Below, in pieces: positions 1 through 12,040 of a DNA stretch of 64,000 nucleotides (position 1 is its first letter; every line of letters starts with the position of its first letter). The DNA is taken from NCBI RefSeq assembly GCF_009914755.1, contig NC_060927.1; one strand, written 5' to 3'. The translations under genes and the position numbers were made by a program. The notes beneath the pieces were generated by a model. It was not told the DNA's origin. It searched no databases and worked only from the letters and a program-made list of their open reading frames with translations. Origin of the DNA: the human T2T-CHM13v2.0 reference genome, Homo sapiens.

Positions 1-482
<482 letters not shown>

Positions 483-1224
483 AAACAGCAGAATGCTTAT
501 CAGAACACTGGAACTGACACAGATGCCCAATAATGATGTAAACCTATATGACAGTATATTGAGTAATTAAAAATAATGCAATCCTATGTTTGCAACATAG
601 AAGGTTGTTCACGTTCACAGAAGAAGAGGCACTTGCAAAATAGGCAAGTACAGTCCAATTTTCTTTACAAAATAAGGAGCATTTGCAAAGATATACACCA
701 AAATGCCATCAGTGTCTCTCTCTCCATGTTAGGATCATGAATAATTTTTTTCATATTGTTTCTTTATACTGCCTCTTTTTTTTCCCTTAAAATGAACAAT
801 ATCACCTAACAAACATCTAAACAAATATCTATCTTTGGATGGGGTTCAGGTAAATTCTGTATAGCTCTGGAACAAAAACCAAGACAAATGGAAAGACATT
901 TCAGTTCAATATAATGACAAATGAGCTACCTGTAAGAGCCATGGAACATGAACCACCACCTTATGAGCCCATGGCCTGCCATGGGAATGGTATTCACCAG
1001 GGCCTGGTGAATTCCTTATGAGTAATCCTGTGAATGGGAGACAGGCTTCTGCAGGCTGAGAGGTTGGACCCAGTTGCTTTCCAATTCTAAAACTCTGTGC
1101 CATTTGGTTTGCAAGGAATTTAACAGATACCACCTCTCCTTTCAAAAGCCCCCTTTAGGTTTCAAAGCACTTTCACATGTGCTGGTTTATATTAATTTTA
1201 GTTTGCTGCTTAAAAAAAAAAATC

Positions 1225-1310
1225 TTATCCCTACAAGAGTTCTGTAGAGTAAGCAGGGCAGGTATTATCACCTCCATTTTACTGAAGAGAAAACTGAGGC
1301 AACCAGAGAG
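1225..1310 (-). mobile_element. MIR fragment
   Basis: ccattttactgaagagaaaactgaggc = reverse MIR core. Confidence 0.65.
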
Positions 1311-2139
1311 TGATGTTTAATGTTATGGGGTGAGACAGAAATTAGTTATGAAATCACAGTTTCTTTCTCTTGACTCACGGCCTCACCCCTCTTCCCTCTA
1401 ACATCACACAGCCTCTCCCTTCCCACCAGGGTTTGGAAACTGGGTAGACCTGACCTAAAGATGCCTGTCTAAAGATAATGGGTGCTGGTTGAATGAAAAA
1501 CCAACAATGCTTGGCACAGATGATATCAACTCACCAACAATGATAATACCCATCTGACTGTTCCCACGAACTTATGTGGACTCAATCAAAGTCAAGTAAC
1601 CAGTGTGTCAATTCAGCTTAAACACTGTGACTGAACAAACCAGTGGCAAACTTGAACAGCCCAAGAGGCTGGTGCCTCTAGTTGAGGATCTCAGTCAATA
1701 TACTTGCCCTGTACCTAAGTCCTCCCATAGTCCCAGGGCAGAAGCCCACAGGTTGGGCTTCTAGGCCAGTTAAATAGTGAATAGGGCCCATATCAGGCTT
1801 AATGAAGCAGGGCTTTGTTACTTTCACCAAAGGAATTAACACAGGAATTTTGTATTTATTTTGCAGTGGCAGCAGATTAAGCACTTCAGCAATAATGTGG
1901 CAATTCACCAAAAGAGGTCTTAGTTAGGTGCTATCTGAAACCATGAAGTTAAGTGGGAAAACATACACATGGAAAAAGTTTATATGTTTTAGAAAAATAA
2001 ATCCAAATTTTAGATAAATGATACTCTTCACAAAGTATGCTAAACAGAGGACATATTTTCATTGGCTGATAGTGCCATTTGCATACATATATCATTTTCT
2101 GTGTGCCAAACTCTCTGCTGAGAACCCCTCCTCACAACC

Positions 2140-2275
2140 ACCCCCATTCAAGTCATTACAGGAGGAAACTGGAAGGTTAGTGAGGTTAAGGGCATTTCTC
2201 CCAAGTCACAGCCACCAGGTGGAAGCAACAGGATTCCACCCTGGGTCTGATGACTCACAAACCAGCATATTTCAC
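2140..2275 (-). mobile_element. MIR fragment
   Basis: ttacaggaggaaactg..gaggttaag..cccaagtcacagc..ggattccaccctgggtctg. Confidence 0.65.
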
Positions 2276-3227
2276 CATTACTTGTTCTCTCAAAATGTTG
2301 AAAGTATACGCTCCTTTTATAAACAGGAAGTAATTAAAATTTCTTTATAATAGCATAATAAATCACTTCAGGAGATGGAGAGTTAACTTGAGAACAGCTG
2401 GAAAACAAGGAGAAAAACTAGGCTGGACTTGACACATAACACACAGGGAGGAAGACGAGAGACAGGTGAACAGGAAAGAATACAGGCTGATTGAATCAAT
2501 GGACCCATATTGCTAATGCACTAATACTAGTATTGGCTATTGTTGATAAATTATTTTTATTCTATACTACATTTATTATGGAAAGTAAAATGCAAAAAAC
2601 ATCATATGATAAATTTTTCAAGGGTAAAACAAACTTATAAGTTGAATTTCAGTATTTTTAATCTCCATTCAAAAATCAAATCCAAAATGAAGGTGGAAGC
2701 ATATGCAATTCCAAAATCTTTCTCTATTCTTATATAAATCATAACATTCCATATTGTTTTCTAGGAAATGAATTTTATTGGTCAATATCAGCAAGATGGA
2801 AACTTTCTCAAATAAACCATTTTATGAACTTTGTATATAGACATTATAAAAATACATAACTTTAGATTCTAACATGAATACATTCATAAATGGACTTTCC
2901 ACTTTGAATATTGCTGTTTCTTCAATTATTTAATACTACACTATATTTTTGGTGTTTCTCAGCTAAGTGTTTACACATATATTGACATTTATAATTTTTC
3001 TGGGTGTCATTTAAATTCATACACATATTCCACAACTAATTACATAAGTTAATCTTTTAAACAACAGTAAATATTGGCAAACATCAAGATTTTATATATG
3101 CTGTGCTTATAAACATGTATCCTTTTAACAGTGTTAATAAATTATTGATGAAGGTGATAATATCGCAGATACTTAAAATACTTTTCTTCTTAGCTACATA
3201 AAATTCAGTCTCCAGTATTCAATCTAG

Positions 3228-3390
3228 TCACTCACTCAACAAACCATTGAGCACCTATCACATTCAAGACACTGTTGTGGGCAACAAACAATCATTGAGC
3301 ACCTCCCATGTGCCCAGCACTGCTCTTGTCTGCATAATGACTACAGTGACTCAAACAGACAAAAGTTCTAGTCTTAATGAGTTCACATAA
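3228..3390 (-). mobile_element. L2 3' end (with local duplication of caacaaac..attgagcacct)
   Basis: cactcactcaacaaac..attgagcacct..atgtgcccagcactg = reverse L2 tail. Confidence 0.6.
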
Positions 3391-3439
3391 ACTCCTGGAG
3401 AAAATTAGATAGCAGAAACGGAGGTTGAGGTAGAAAACT

Positions 3440-3545
3440 GGTTTTGTCATGGCCAGATGGCCTTAAGCAAATTATGAATCTCTCTGAGTCTCAGCTCCCT
3501 CACCTCTGAACTGAGTATAATAATACCTGGTTTTATTATATTATC
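3440..3545 (+). mobile_element. MIR fragment
   Basis: ccttaagcaaattatgaatctctctgagtctcagctccctcacctctgaa. Confidence 0.55.
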
Positions 3546-4707
3546 TTTTATTAGAAAAAATGCTAGTTTATATGTGAAAAAAACCCTATTTATTCTTTGG
3601 TCTTGGAGAAACTGAGGTAGTTGATGAGGAATAAATGTTTTGTCCTCATTATTAAATCCTTCAAAATATTTCATTCCAATATTTTCCATGATCTAAGCTT
3701 TCTGAGTTTAATGCTAACCATGTGTAAGGCTTGCTGGGTCACGATAAGGTCACTTCCATACCTAGCCACCAATTTCAAAGTCTGTGTTATAGGCTTAAGA
3801 TGCCGTAATTATGTATGTTTCCCCTTACTGTGGAGGGAAGTTAGATTTAAATTATAATTTAGTGATGATTTCATTTAAAAACATAGAGACGCTCCTTCTT
3901 GACTAGTTCTTCACAAACAGACCTATTGCAATTGATATTTATTAAAATTTCTCAGTAATTTTCTTTCCTATGTTATTCCATGATGATGCTCTTTCATTGT
4001 GAGAATGAAACAAGAGTGAGGTGTAGGTGGGTGTGTCACAGGACCACAGGAACAACCATTTCCCAGCACTCAGCCCCATGTCATTGATTAAATCAAAGGA
4101 AGCAATTGGTTCCAATCCAATCTCCCTGATTTAGCTTCCCAAGCCCCCACCTAGGTGGGGTGTGGCGGGGTGTGGGATTTCTAACCTATTTTTATAAGCC
4201 CAGCAAATCAAAGTTTCACTTTCTGAACAAAGAGGTGCCAACCTTGAGACTCTGTGAGAGTCAACACAAACCAGGCATTGTGCACAAGTGAGAAGAATAT
4301 AATTAGCAAAGTTACAGTCACAATTAGGAAATAACTCCTCAGAAAAGTTTCCACTTAACTCTGAGCAGCGCTCAAATTACCATTGTGCTTAATGGGGCCT
4401 CCATCTCTTGGCTGGCTCAGACCTTTCCAACAGATCTATGAATCCCAGCACCATCCACACAACACAGACACCCAAAATCTAGTGCTGGATCTATATTTTT
4501 TTCAATAACAGATGTGAGAAATGTGCAAATTGAGACACCAAAGTTACAATTAAAAAATAAGAAACATACTTTCAGAAATGACCAGGCAAGTGTGAGCTAA
4601 ATTATTCTTTTTCTGAGCTCTTTCTTCATCTTCTCTAGCCCTTCCCCTTTCCCACTCTCAAGAGAGGCTAGAAGAGAGAGGCTACCAAAGCAGCAATGGG
4701 TACTCAC

Positions 4708-4868
4708 TTCATCTCCAGGATCTCCTCCAGCTGTTTCCTCCTCTCAATCCGGAGGTTGGCCAAGTGCGCTTCTTTTTCGGCCAGGGACTGTTGTGTGGAG
4801 GCGAGGCGTGCTTTGGTGGCATCCAGTTCCTGTCTGGTCTTCTCCAGTGCATTCATCAGTTCCTCTAT
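4708..4868 (-). CDS. ERC2: Internal coding exon of ERC2 (ELKS/RAB6-interacting/CAST family member 2), C-terminal coiled-coil region; 161 nt, phase 0 start, phase 2 end
   Basis: Translation IEELMNALEKTRQELDATKARLASTQQSLAEKEAHLANLRIERRKQLEEILEM(K) recognised as ERC2/CAST; the ERC1 paralog differs (VEELLMAMEKVKQELESMKAKL...). Acceptor tgtgcctttcAG|ATA (AG = + strand 4869-4870); donor ATG AA|GTGAGTA (+ strand 4701-4707). Confidence 0.95.
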
Positions 4869-5024
4869 CTGAAAGGCACATGGAGCTCTGTGTGTTATTT
4901 CTCCTTCATTCAAGCACAAGACATCCCTTGTTAGCCTGTGTTCCAACAACAAACACAAAGGAATCACAGGGATCCTTGAACTGGGCCGCTGTGTCTTGGA
5001 GCCCTTTCTTTCTTTGTCATTGAA

Positions 5025-5265
5025 ACTATGAAAATGCAAATGCCTAAGAATGATATAATGGACTCTGGGGAGTTGTGGGGAAAGGCTGGGAGGGGGTTGA
5101 GGGATAAAAGACTACACATTGGGTTGAGTGTATACTACTCGGGTGATGGTTGCACCAAAATCTCACAAATCACCACTAAAGAGCTTACTCATGTAACCAA
5201 ATATCACCTGTTCCCCCAAAACCTATGGAAAGAAAAAATTAAAACAAAACAGAACAAAAACCCTT
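5025..5265 (+). mobile_element. L1PB (L1PB1-like) 3' UTR end with A-rich tail
   Basis: aatgatataatggactctgggg..gggataaaagactaca..caccaaaatctcacaaatcaccactaaaga..aacctatggaaa. Confidence 0.85.
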
Positions 5266-7397
5266 AAAAAATGTTTCAAACACAAGAAATGTCCAAATTT
5301 CTCCAAGGTCCTTGTTCAATTGGATTGCCCAATAACCTTTATAAAACTACTTAATGTGTTCACTAGAATTGGGGGTGAGTGGCTTGACCCAATTTCAACC
5401 TCTGTTTGGCAAAAGTCTCAGATACTTTCTCACCATTGAAGGAAGGCAACACTCAAATGCATTTTGCCCAGCACAATATACTTTTGTGTGTAGGCCCCAG
5501 AGTACTTTGAAAGAAAGTTAATCTATGTGTTTCAGATTCAGTCACGTTTTAACCTATCAAAGCCGTGTTTGGTAAAAGCTATTCAATGTCCAGGGAGCCT
5601 CAGGAGTCCCTCTCACCTCACCTCCCAGCTTTACATTCAGGAAGCAAGGTTTGGCCAAAGGTAAACAGAATTCCAGCCACAAAAGGTTCAAGTTTGGTTT
5701 GCCCCTGAAGTTTGAGAGGGTTCTAAACTTGAAATAAATGACATGTAACTTTTATAGGGTGCTAATACACCATAGAAATAAGCCAGACTATCAAATATCC
5801 ACGGTTTTCAGCCAGGTCCCAAAAAATGAGACCCAGGAGCCCTGAGGCAAAGCCTTATCCTCCCCAAAGCTTTGGGGACTCTTAAAAGCCAACACACAAC
5901 AAAGAAGGCTGGTGTTTATGGTTCCGTTCCAAAGACTTCCGTGGAGCAAGCTGGTGAAATGCCATCCCTTGCACAGATGCAGGCTGTGTCCTCCCTGCTG
6001 ATCCAAAATCATGATTCCAGGAAGTTTCTAGATTCCAGAGCTGATGTTTGGCTTTCTAAAATACCCCTTCCAGCTGAACTTGGCAGAATAGGCTCATCCA
6101 TCACTAAAGTCAACAGAACGCCCTTCAAAATGTGTCAATGACATGTTAAGTTCCAATTCATAAAGACTTTCTACACAATTTCTTCAGTTTTACATGAAAT
6201 TTATTCAGAATAAGCATTATAGTTCACATCCAAGGTAAATTATATGCTTTTAAGATTCAGAAAACCCTTCATTTTGCCCTGATAAAAAGAGGAAACTGAA
6301 TGATCATGTAGTTTAAATCAAAGCCAAAACCAAAAAGAGTTTAAAAAGCAAGGAATATAAAGAATAACCTATGAAAGTGACAAAACCACCCCTATGTAAC
6401 TGTAGAGTAAATTGAATTATTCTTTAACTTTACAAATCTATGCAGTTTAAAAAGTATTAATAAACTTTTCAGTTTCTCATATAAGTTCACAGAACATCAC
6501 AAATATGACTAGAAGCCCAAAGCAATATGTGACGAAGTTAAAGCGGAGTTTTGAGTTTTCCTCCCTTTTTCTATTTTTGATAGAAAATAGCAGTGACCCC
6601 CAAAAAATCAGAATTATGATCATTCCATATGCCAATTCAGATAGTCTGCCTGACCCTCCATATGAGATGGTCTGTGTCCTCATGATTCCTTTTCTGTCAT
6701 AAATCGTTCTTTATTTCAAACATAATATTGATTTCAGAGGAGTGGGAGGTCTCCATTATTCTCATTTGTTCAATCTCTCTCTCATTCATCGAAGCTGATC
6801 TATCTGCAATCTATAGACACAGAGCTACTCAGCTGGGTTTCCAAATCTTAGATCACCTGCCACTGGACCGCTTAGGGCAAACACTAGCTAGTTCTACATT
6901 AACCCAACTTTAAATGACACTTTAGAGTAATGATTTCAGGCTGCTCCAGCCATTTCAGCAAGAAGCACATGGAGAAACTGGGCACCTGGGAGACACAATA
7001 CAGAGTTGTAACTGATGGAGAAGCCACTGGCCTCCAACATCAGTAACTGCTAGTATCAGATGAGACGAAACTGCTCCTCTCAACATCTTGGAGACAGAGT
7101 TTTAAAATAAGTTCCCAGGCCAAGCTCCTCACTCTTCCTAATTTGTGTGGCCCTGGACCGAGGACCATGTGGGGCACTGGCCTCAGAACACATCCTTCTA
7201 GTTTTAGCATGACCACTGCTTCTCTCTGTAACTTTTTGCAAACAATCACTATACCCTTGGAATCTCAGTTTCCTAGATGATGGCCATGGGTTCTTCCTGT
7301 GTTTAACATTCTAGAGAACGGAAAACTGTTTCCTTTGCTGCCAAAACAAGGGCCTTAGAAAGCAAAAAATATCTCCCCTGCTGGGGTGATCATTAGG

Positions 7398-8051
<654 letters not shown>

Positions 8052-8542
8052 AACTGTCTGATTCTTATCAAGTGCTCTATGCTTGCCTCCATCTCCCCAT
8101 CACAGTCATCTCTCAACCAGAGGAAAGTGCTTGTTATTCTTGCGGTCCCATGGTATTTCTACTCTTGCAGACCACAAGTAACTCCCTTCTTGCCAAATGT
8201 CTTTTCTTAATGTGTGGTTTGCACAGCTAAACATGCCCCCAAGTCTCTGTCCCTTCTTTGAAATAACATTTTAACTGATTGACTGTACATATGTAGTTTG
8301 TGTCTTCATCACCAGATTGGAACCATGGCATTATTACGGTGTGAGTGAGATGAGCTCCTTCATCTTTCTCAGCTTCCATTTCCTCATCCATATTTACCTC
8401 AACAGGTAAATAGGGAACCCTATTGCTTGCTTATCAGATGATTATGGGCACATTAAGTGAGATGATGTAGCCCATAAGGCATTTATTCTTCTTCTTCTGA
8501 TATCAAGAAATTAATTTTTTTCTGATAATAAGAATAAAGTGT

Positions 8543-8856
8543 GGCCAGGGACAGTGGCTCACACCTATAATCCCAACACTTTGGGAGGCCAGGGCCAGTG
8601 GATCATTTGATCACAAATGGTGACCCCAGGAGTTTGAGACCAGGCTGGGCAACATGGCAAAACTGCATCCCTACAAAAAGTAGAAAAGAAATGTAGCCAG
8701 GCGTGGTGACACGCACCTAGAGTCCCAGCTACCCTGGGGGGCTGAGGCAAGGAGATCACCTGAGCCTGGGAAGCCAAAACTGTAATGAGCTGTGATTATG
8801 CCACTGCACTCCAGGCTGGGTGACAGAGTGAGACCCTGTCTCAAAGAAAAGAAAAA
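8543..8856 (+). mobile_element. AluJ with small internal insertion
   Basis: Diverged full-length Alu with J-type features (ctgggcaacatg, gagaccctgtctc); TSD aagaataaagt(g/a)t. Confidence 0.9.
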
Positions 8857-9191
8857 GAATAAAGTATATTCATTGTAAAAAATATGAAAAATCCAGGTAT
8901 GAAAATGTTTTAGCTTTCTTCTGAAGATTAAATACTAACATCATTTTTAGTTAAGATCCTCCCAAGTCCCACCACCTAGAAGTAAACATTATAAACATTG
9001 TTATAATTTCTCTCTATATTTATGCACATATAATTGAGATGCTACATATAAATATATACATAATTGTGTATATAATTGATATATGATGAGAATTTTCTTT
9101 TGTAATTAAATTGTCTTTTGGAAATACAGTTTTAATATATGAGCAGTGCTCTATCCACTCCTCATCTTCCTAAAACTGATGCTTCTCTTAG

Positions 9192-9557
9192 TGTTATGGT
9201 CTCAATGTTTACGTACCCCCACAATTCATATGTTGAAATCTTAACCCCCAAGATGATGGCATTAAGGGGTGAGACCTTTGGGAAATGATTAGGTCATGGG
9301 CGCAGAGGCCTCCTATATGGGATTAGGGACCTTATGAAAGAAGCCCAATGGAGTCTGTATGTCCCCTTTCACCATGTAGGGACACGGCAAGACGTCAGCA
9401 GTTTGCAACCCAGGAGAGGGCCCTCACCAGAATCTGACCATGCTGGCACCTTGGTCTTAGACTTCCCAGCCTCCAGAATGTGAGAAATACATTTCTGTTA
9501 TGTATAAGCCACCTACTGTATGGTATTTTGTTAGAGCAGCCCAAATGGACTACGACA
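9192..9557 (+). mobile_element. MaLR solo LTR MLT1A/MLT1A0, complete
   Basis: TG...CA termini, 366 bp, perfect 5-bp TSD CTTAG (9187-9191; 9558-9562), typical internal motifs (ccctcaccaga, gacttcccagcctccagaa). Confidence 0.9.
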
Positions 9558-9699
9558 CTTAGGAACTTATTCCCCTGTTTATTTTGCAAATTACTCATCT
9601 TCCTGCAGCCCATAACTGGGTCTTTCTCCTTGTGACTCCATCCTAGAGGCATTTCCACCATCCACATAGAAATACAGGGGATGCATTGAGGTCTGTCTC

Positions 9700-10100
9700 T
9701 ACAGTTCTCACCTCTATGTAGATGTCTCTCCAAACTTTATCTCCTTTTTCCTCACTTGACCTCTTTCACATGTACCTAACCACCTGTTGATCACTTCCAT
9801 CTGGATGTCCTAATATTACTTTAAATTGAGGATGACCAAAAGCCAACTCTTGACCCATGTACACCTGCCTAAACCAAACTCCTATCACCTGTCCTCACCC
9901 TCCCAACTTGCCACTCCCTAACACATCCACCATTTTGGTCCAAGGCCCTGACCTTTTCTCAGTCATTCCTGTTTAAGACCTCAGAGCCACATTGATCTTC
10001 TCTTTCCTCTTTTATTTTCCATTCATCACCAACTCCTAGAGCTCTATTTTGGAAATATTTCTTGGATCCATCATTCCCTTCTATCATTACTTTTGACACC
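9700..10100 (+). mobile_element. L2 fragment
   Basis: ctatgtagatg..ccaaactttatctcc..ccatctggatgtcc..aaaagccaactcttg. Confidence 0.55.
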
Positions 10101-10361
10101 CCTCCCACATGTATAATAAGGTAGAACATAATTATGCATGCATACACATATGTATGTATATGTGGGCTTTCACATGTGTGTGCATATGCTCATGTGTGTA
10201 TCCCTAGCCTCTGACTCTACTCTTACCCCTAAGTGAGGACATGGTTTTGCCTGATCATCTGTAACAATAGCACTTATAGTATTATATGAAGCAATGATTG
10301 CAGAGCTCTTAGTGCTGAGCCTGGCAAATATGAAAACACTTAGTATATTCTTAACACAAGA

Positions 10362-10450
10362 GGCGGAGCAGCGTAGTGGCTTAGAAACATAATTCAGGAG
10401 CTAGACTGCCACTTACTAGATGTATAAATTCACTCTAAGTGAATTATAAC
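10362..10450 (+). mobile_element. MIR 5' half (interrupted)
   Basis: gcagcgtagtggcttaga..ggagctagactgccacttactag. Confidence 0.65.
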
Positions 10451-10756
10451 TTTTTTCCCAGGTGGAAAAATTGATTTCATGTAAGAAAAATAAAATAGTA
10501 TTTACATTTAATAAATAATATTCAATAAGCACTATTACAAAGTTATAGAAATAAACTGGACTGTTTACCTTCATGAAAGAACCTAGACAAAATTTTCTAG
10601 GTTTCTCAACTTAAACTTGGAGGCAAAATTTGCTTTAAACATGTATTAAGTATTACCATTGCTATGCAAAAATTAGGTTATGGTAATTTTTACTCAAATT
10701 ATATTAAAATGCCCAGAAGAAGGATTATTTGGGGACAATATAATAATAGAATTGAC

Positions 10757-11054
10757 TTTTTTAAAAAATGTTAGCTTTAGGGGCTACATATGCATGTTTG
10801 TTACATAGGTACGTTGCATGTGGGAATTGGGCTTCTACGTGTACCCATCACCCAAATATTGAACATTATACCCAACAGGTACTTCTTCAAACTTCATCCC
10901 CCTTCTTCCCTCCCTACTTTATAAAAAAAGAAGGAAATCATGTCCTTTGCAGCAACATGGATGGAGCTGGAGGCCATTATCCTACACGAACTAACTCAGA
11001 AGGAGAAAATCAAGTATCACATGTTCTCACATGTACGTGGCAGCTGAACAATGA
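10757..11054 (-). mobile_element. 5'-inverted (twin-primed) L1 fragment, old primate L1PA15-17/L1PB-like
   Basis: 10757-10914 is the L1 3' terminus on minus; 10921-11054 is the immediately upstream L1 segment on plus (aaatcatgtcctttgcagcaacatggatggagctggaggccattatcc...gctgaacaatga). Confidence 0.85.
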
Positions 11055-11192
11055 ATTACAAAATTCTGAGCCTCAAGTACCTCTTGTGAAGTGGAGCTAA
11101 TGACATAACTTAGCTCAAAGGGTTTTTATGATGATTAAATGGGTTCACATGGGCAATGCTCTCAGCACAATGCCTAGTACTCAGTAGTGCCA
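11055..11192 (+). mobile_element. MIR 3' half (continuation of 10362-10450)
   Basis: tctgagcctcaag..gtgaagtggagctaat..gattaaatg..cagcacaatgcctagtactcagtag. Confidence 0.65.
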
Positions 11193-11483
11193 CAGAAGTA
11201 TCAACTCTTTCTAATACAGTGCCTAGTAATTATTCAGCCTATCTATGTCTGCATATTGCTCCATTCACCAATGCTCAACCACACATACACATGCACATAT
11301 ACCCCTGGACTGCCCTACATTCACTCCTCTGCTTACCAAAACTGCCCATTCTTTAAGGCCCTGTCTACACCTGACCTCCTTCACAGCTTGCAGCGATCAA
11401 AAGCTGGAGCTCTAGAAGCAGTCAGATATGAGTCAAGTTTGGGTTCCACCTACAAGATCTTTGACCTTAGGCCAATCTTAACC

Positions 11484-11678
11484 CAATGTTTCCCAAACTT
11501 GGTTTAAGATTGGTTAGGTTACTGCATGTTAGAATCCCTTGGGAAGCTTTTAAAAATGTTGATGCCGTGGTCACACTGCTCCTAATTAAATCAAAATATT
11601 TGAGGGCGGGAGCCAGGCATCTGTATTTTATTAAAGATCCAGGTGATTCCAAAATGCAGCCAAGTCTTGGAACCCTAG
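11484..11678. mobile_element. MER5A/B hAT-Charlie DNA transposon inserted in a MIR (11400-11830)
   Basis: caatgtttcccaaactt..ttagaatcccttgggaagctttt..ccaggcatctgtatttt..ccaggtgattcc..gcagccaag; MIR halves on both sides. Confidence 0.75.
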
Positions 11679-11914
11679 ACGTTACTGACCTCTCTAAGCC
11701 TACAGATCCTCCCCTTTAAAGTGGAGAGGAAGCAGAAGCAGCCACACAGAATTGACATAAGCGTAAAGTGAAATAATGCATGGAAAGTACCCTGCCTAAT
11801 ACCCTGGAAGGCACCAGCACATGCCCATTCCTAGCCTCACTACTTTCACCCAACCCAACTGCCTTCAGTTTTCATTGCCTGCACCCATTCTGCACAATAT
11901 GTATGCTTAGTTGC

Positions 11915-12040
11915 TATAATACAACTGGACTGTAATCCCTGGAGGGCAGAGACTGTGTCTCCATCTTCTTTGCAAGCCCCTTCAGTACCTGACATAGCAC
12001 CAGTATCCACACTCAATAAATACCTATGCAATGGGAGGAA
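11915..12040 (+). mobile_element. L2 3' end
   Basis: ggactgtaatccctggagggcagagactgtgtc..cactcaataaatac. Confidence 0.7.

Noticed and set aside
2209-2227. CTCF-like CAGCCACCAGGTGGAAGCA
   Set aside because: Mismatch at the highly conserved C of the GGC core and located within a MIR; unsupported without ChIP data.
3237-3304. Repeated caacaaac..attgagcacct units resembling repeat-spacer structure
   Set aside because: Only two degenerate copies of an L2 tail; not a CRISPR-like array, and the DNA is eukaryotic.
4869-5039. N-terminal extension of the 111-aa ORF (MHFHSFND...CAFQ)
   Set aside because: Lies upstream of the canonical acceptor; intronic read-through of the frame, not ERC2-like.
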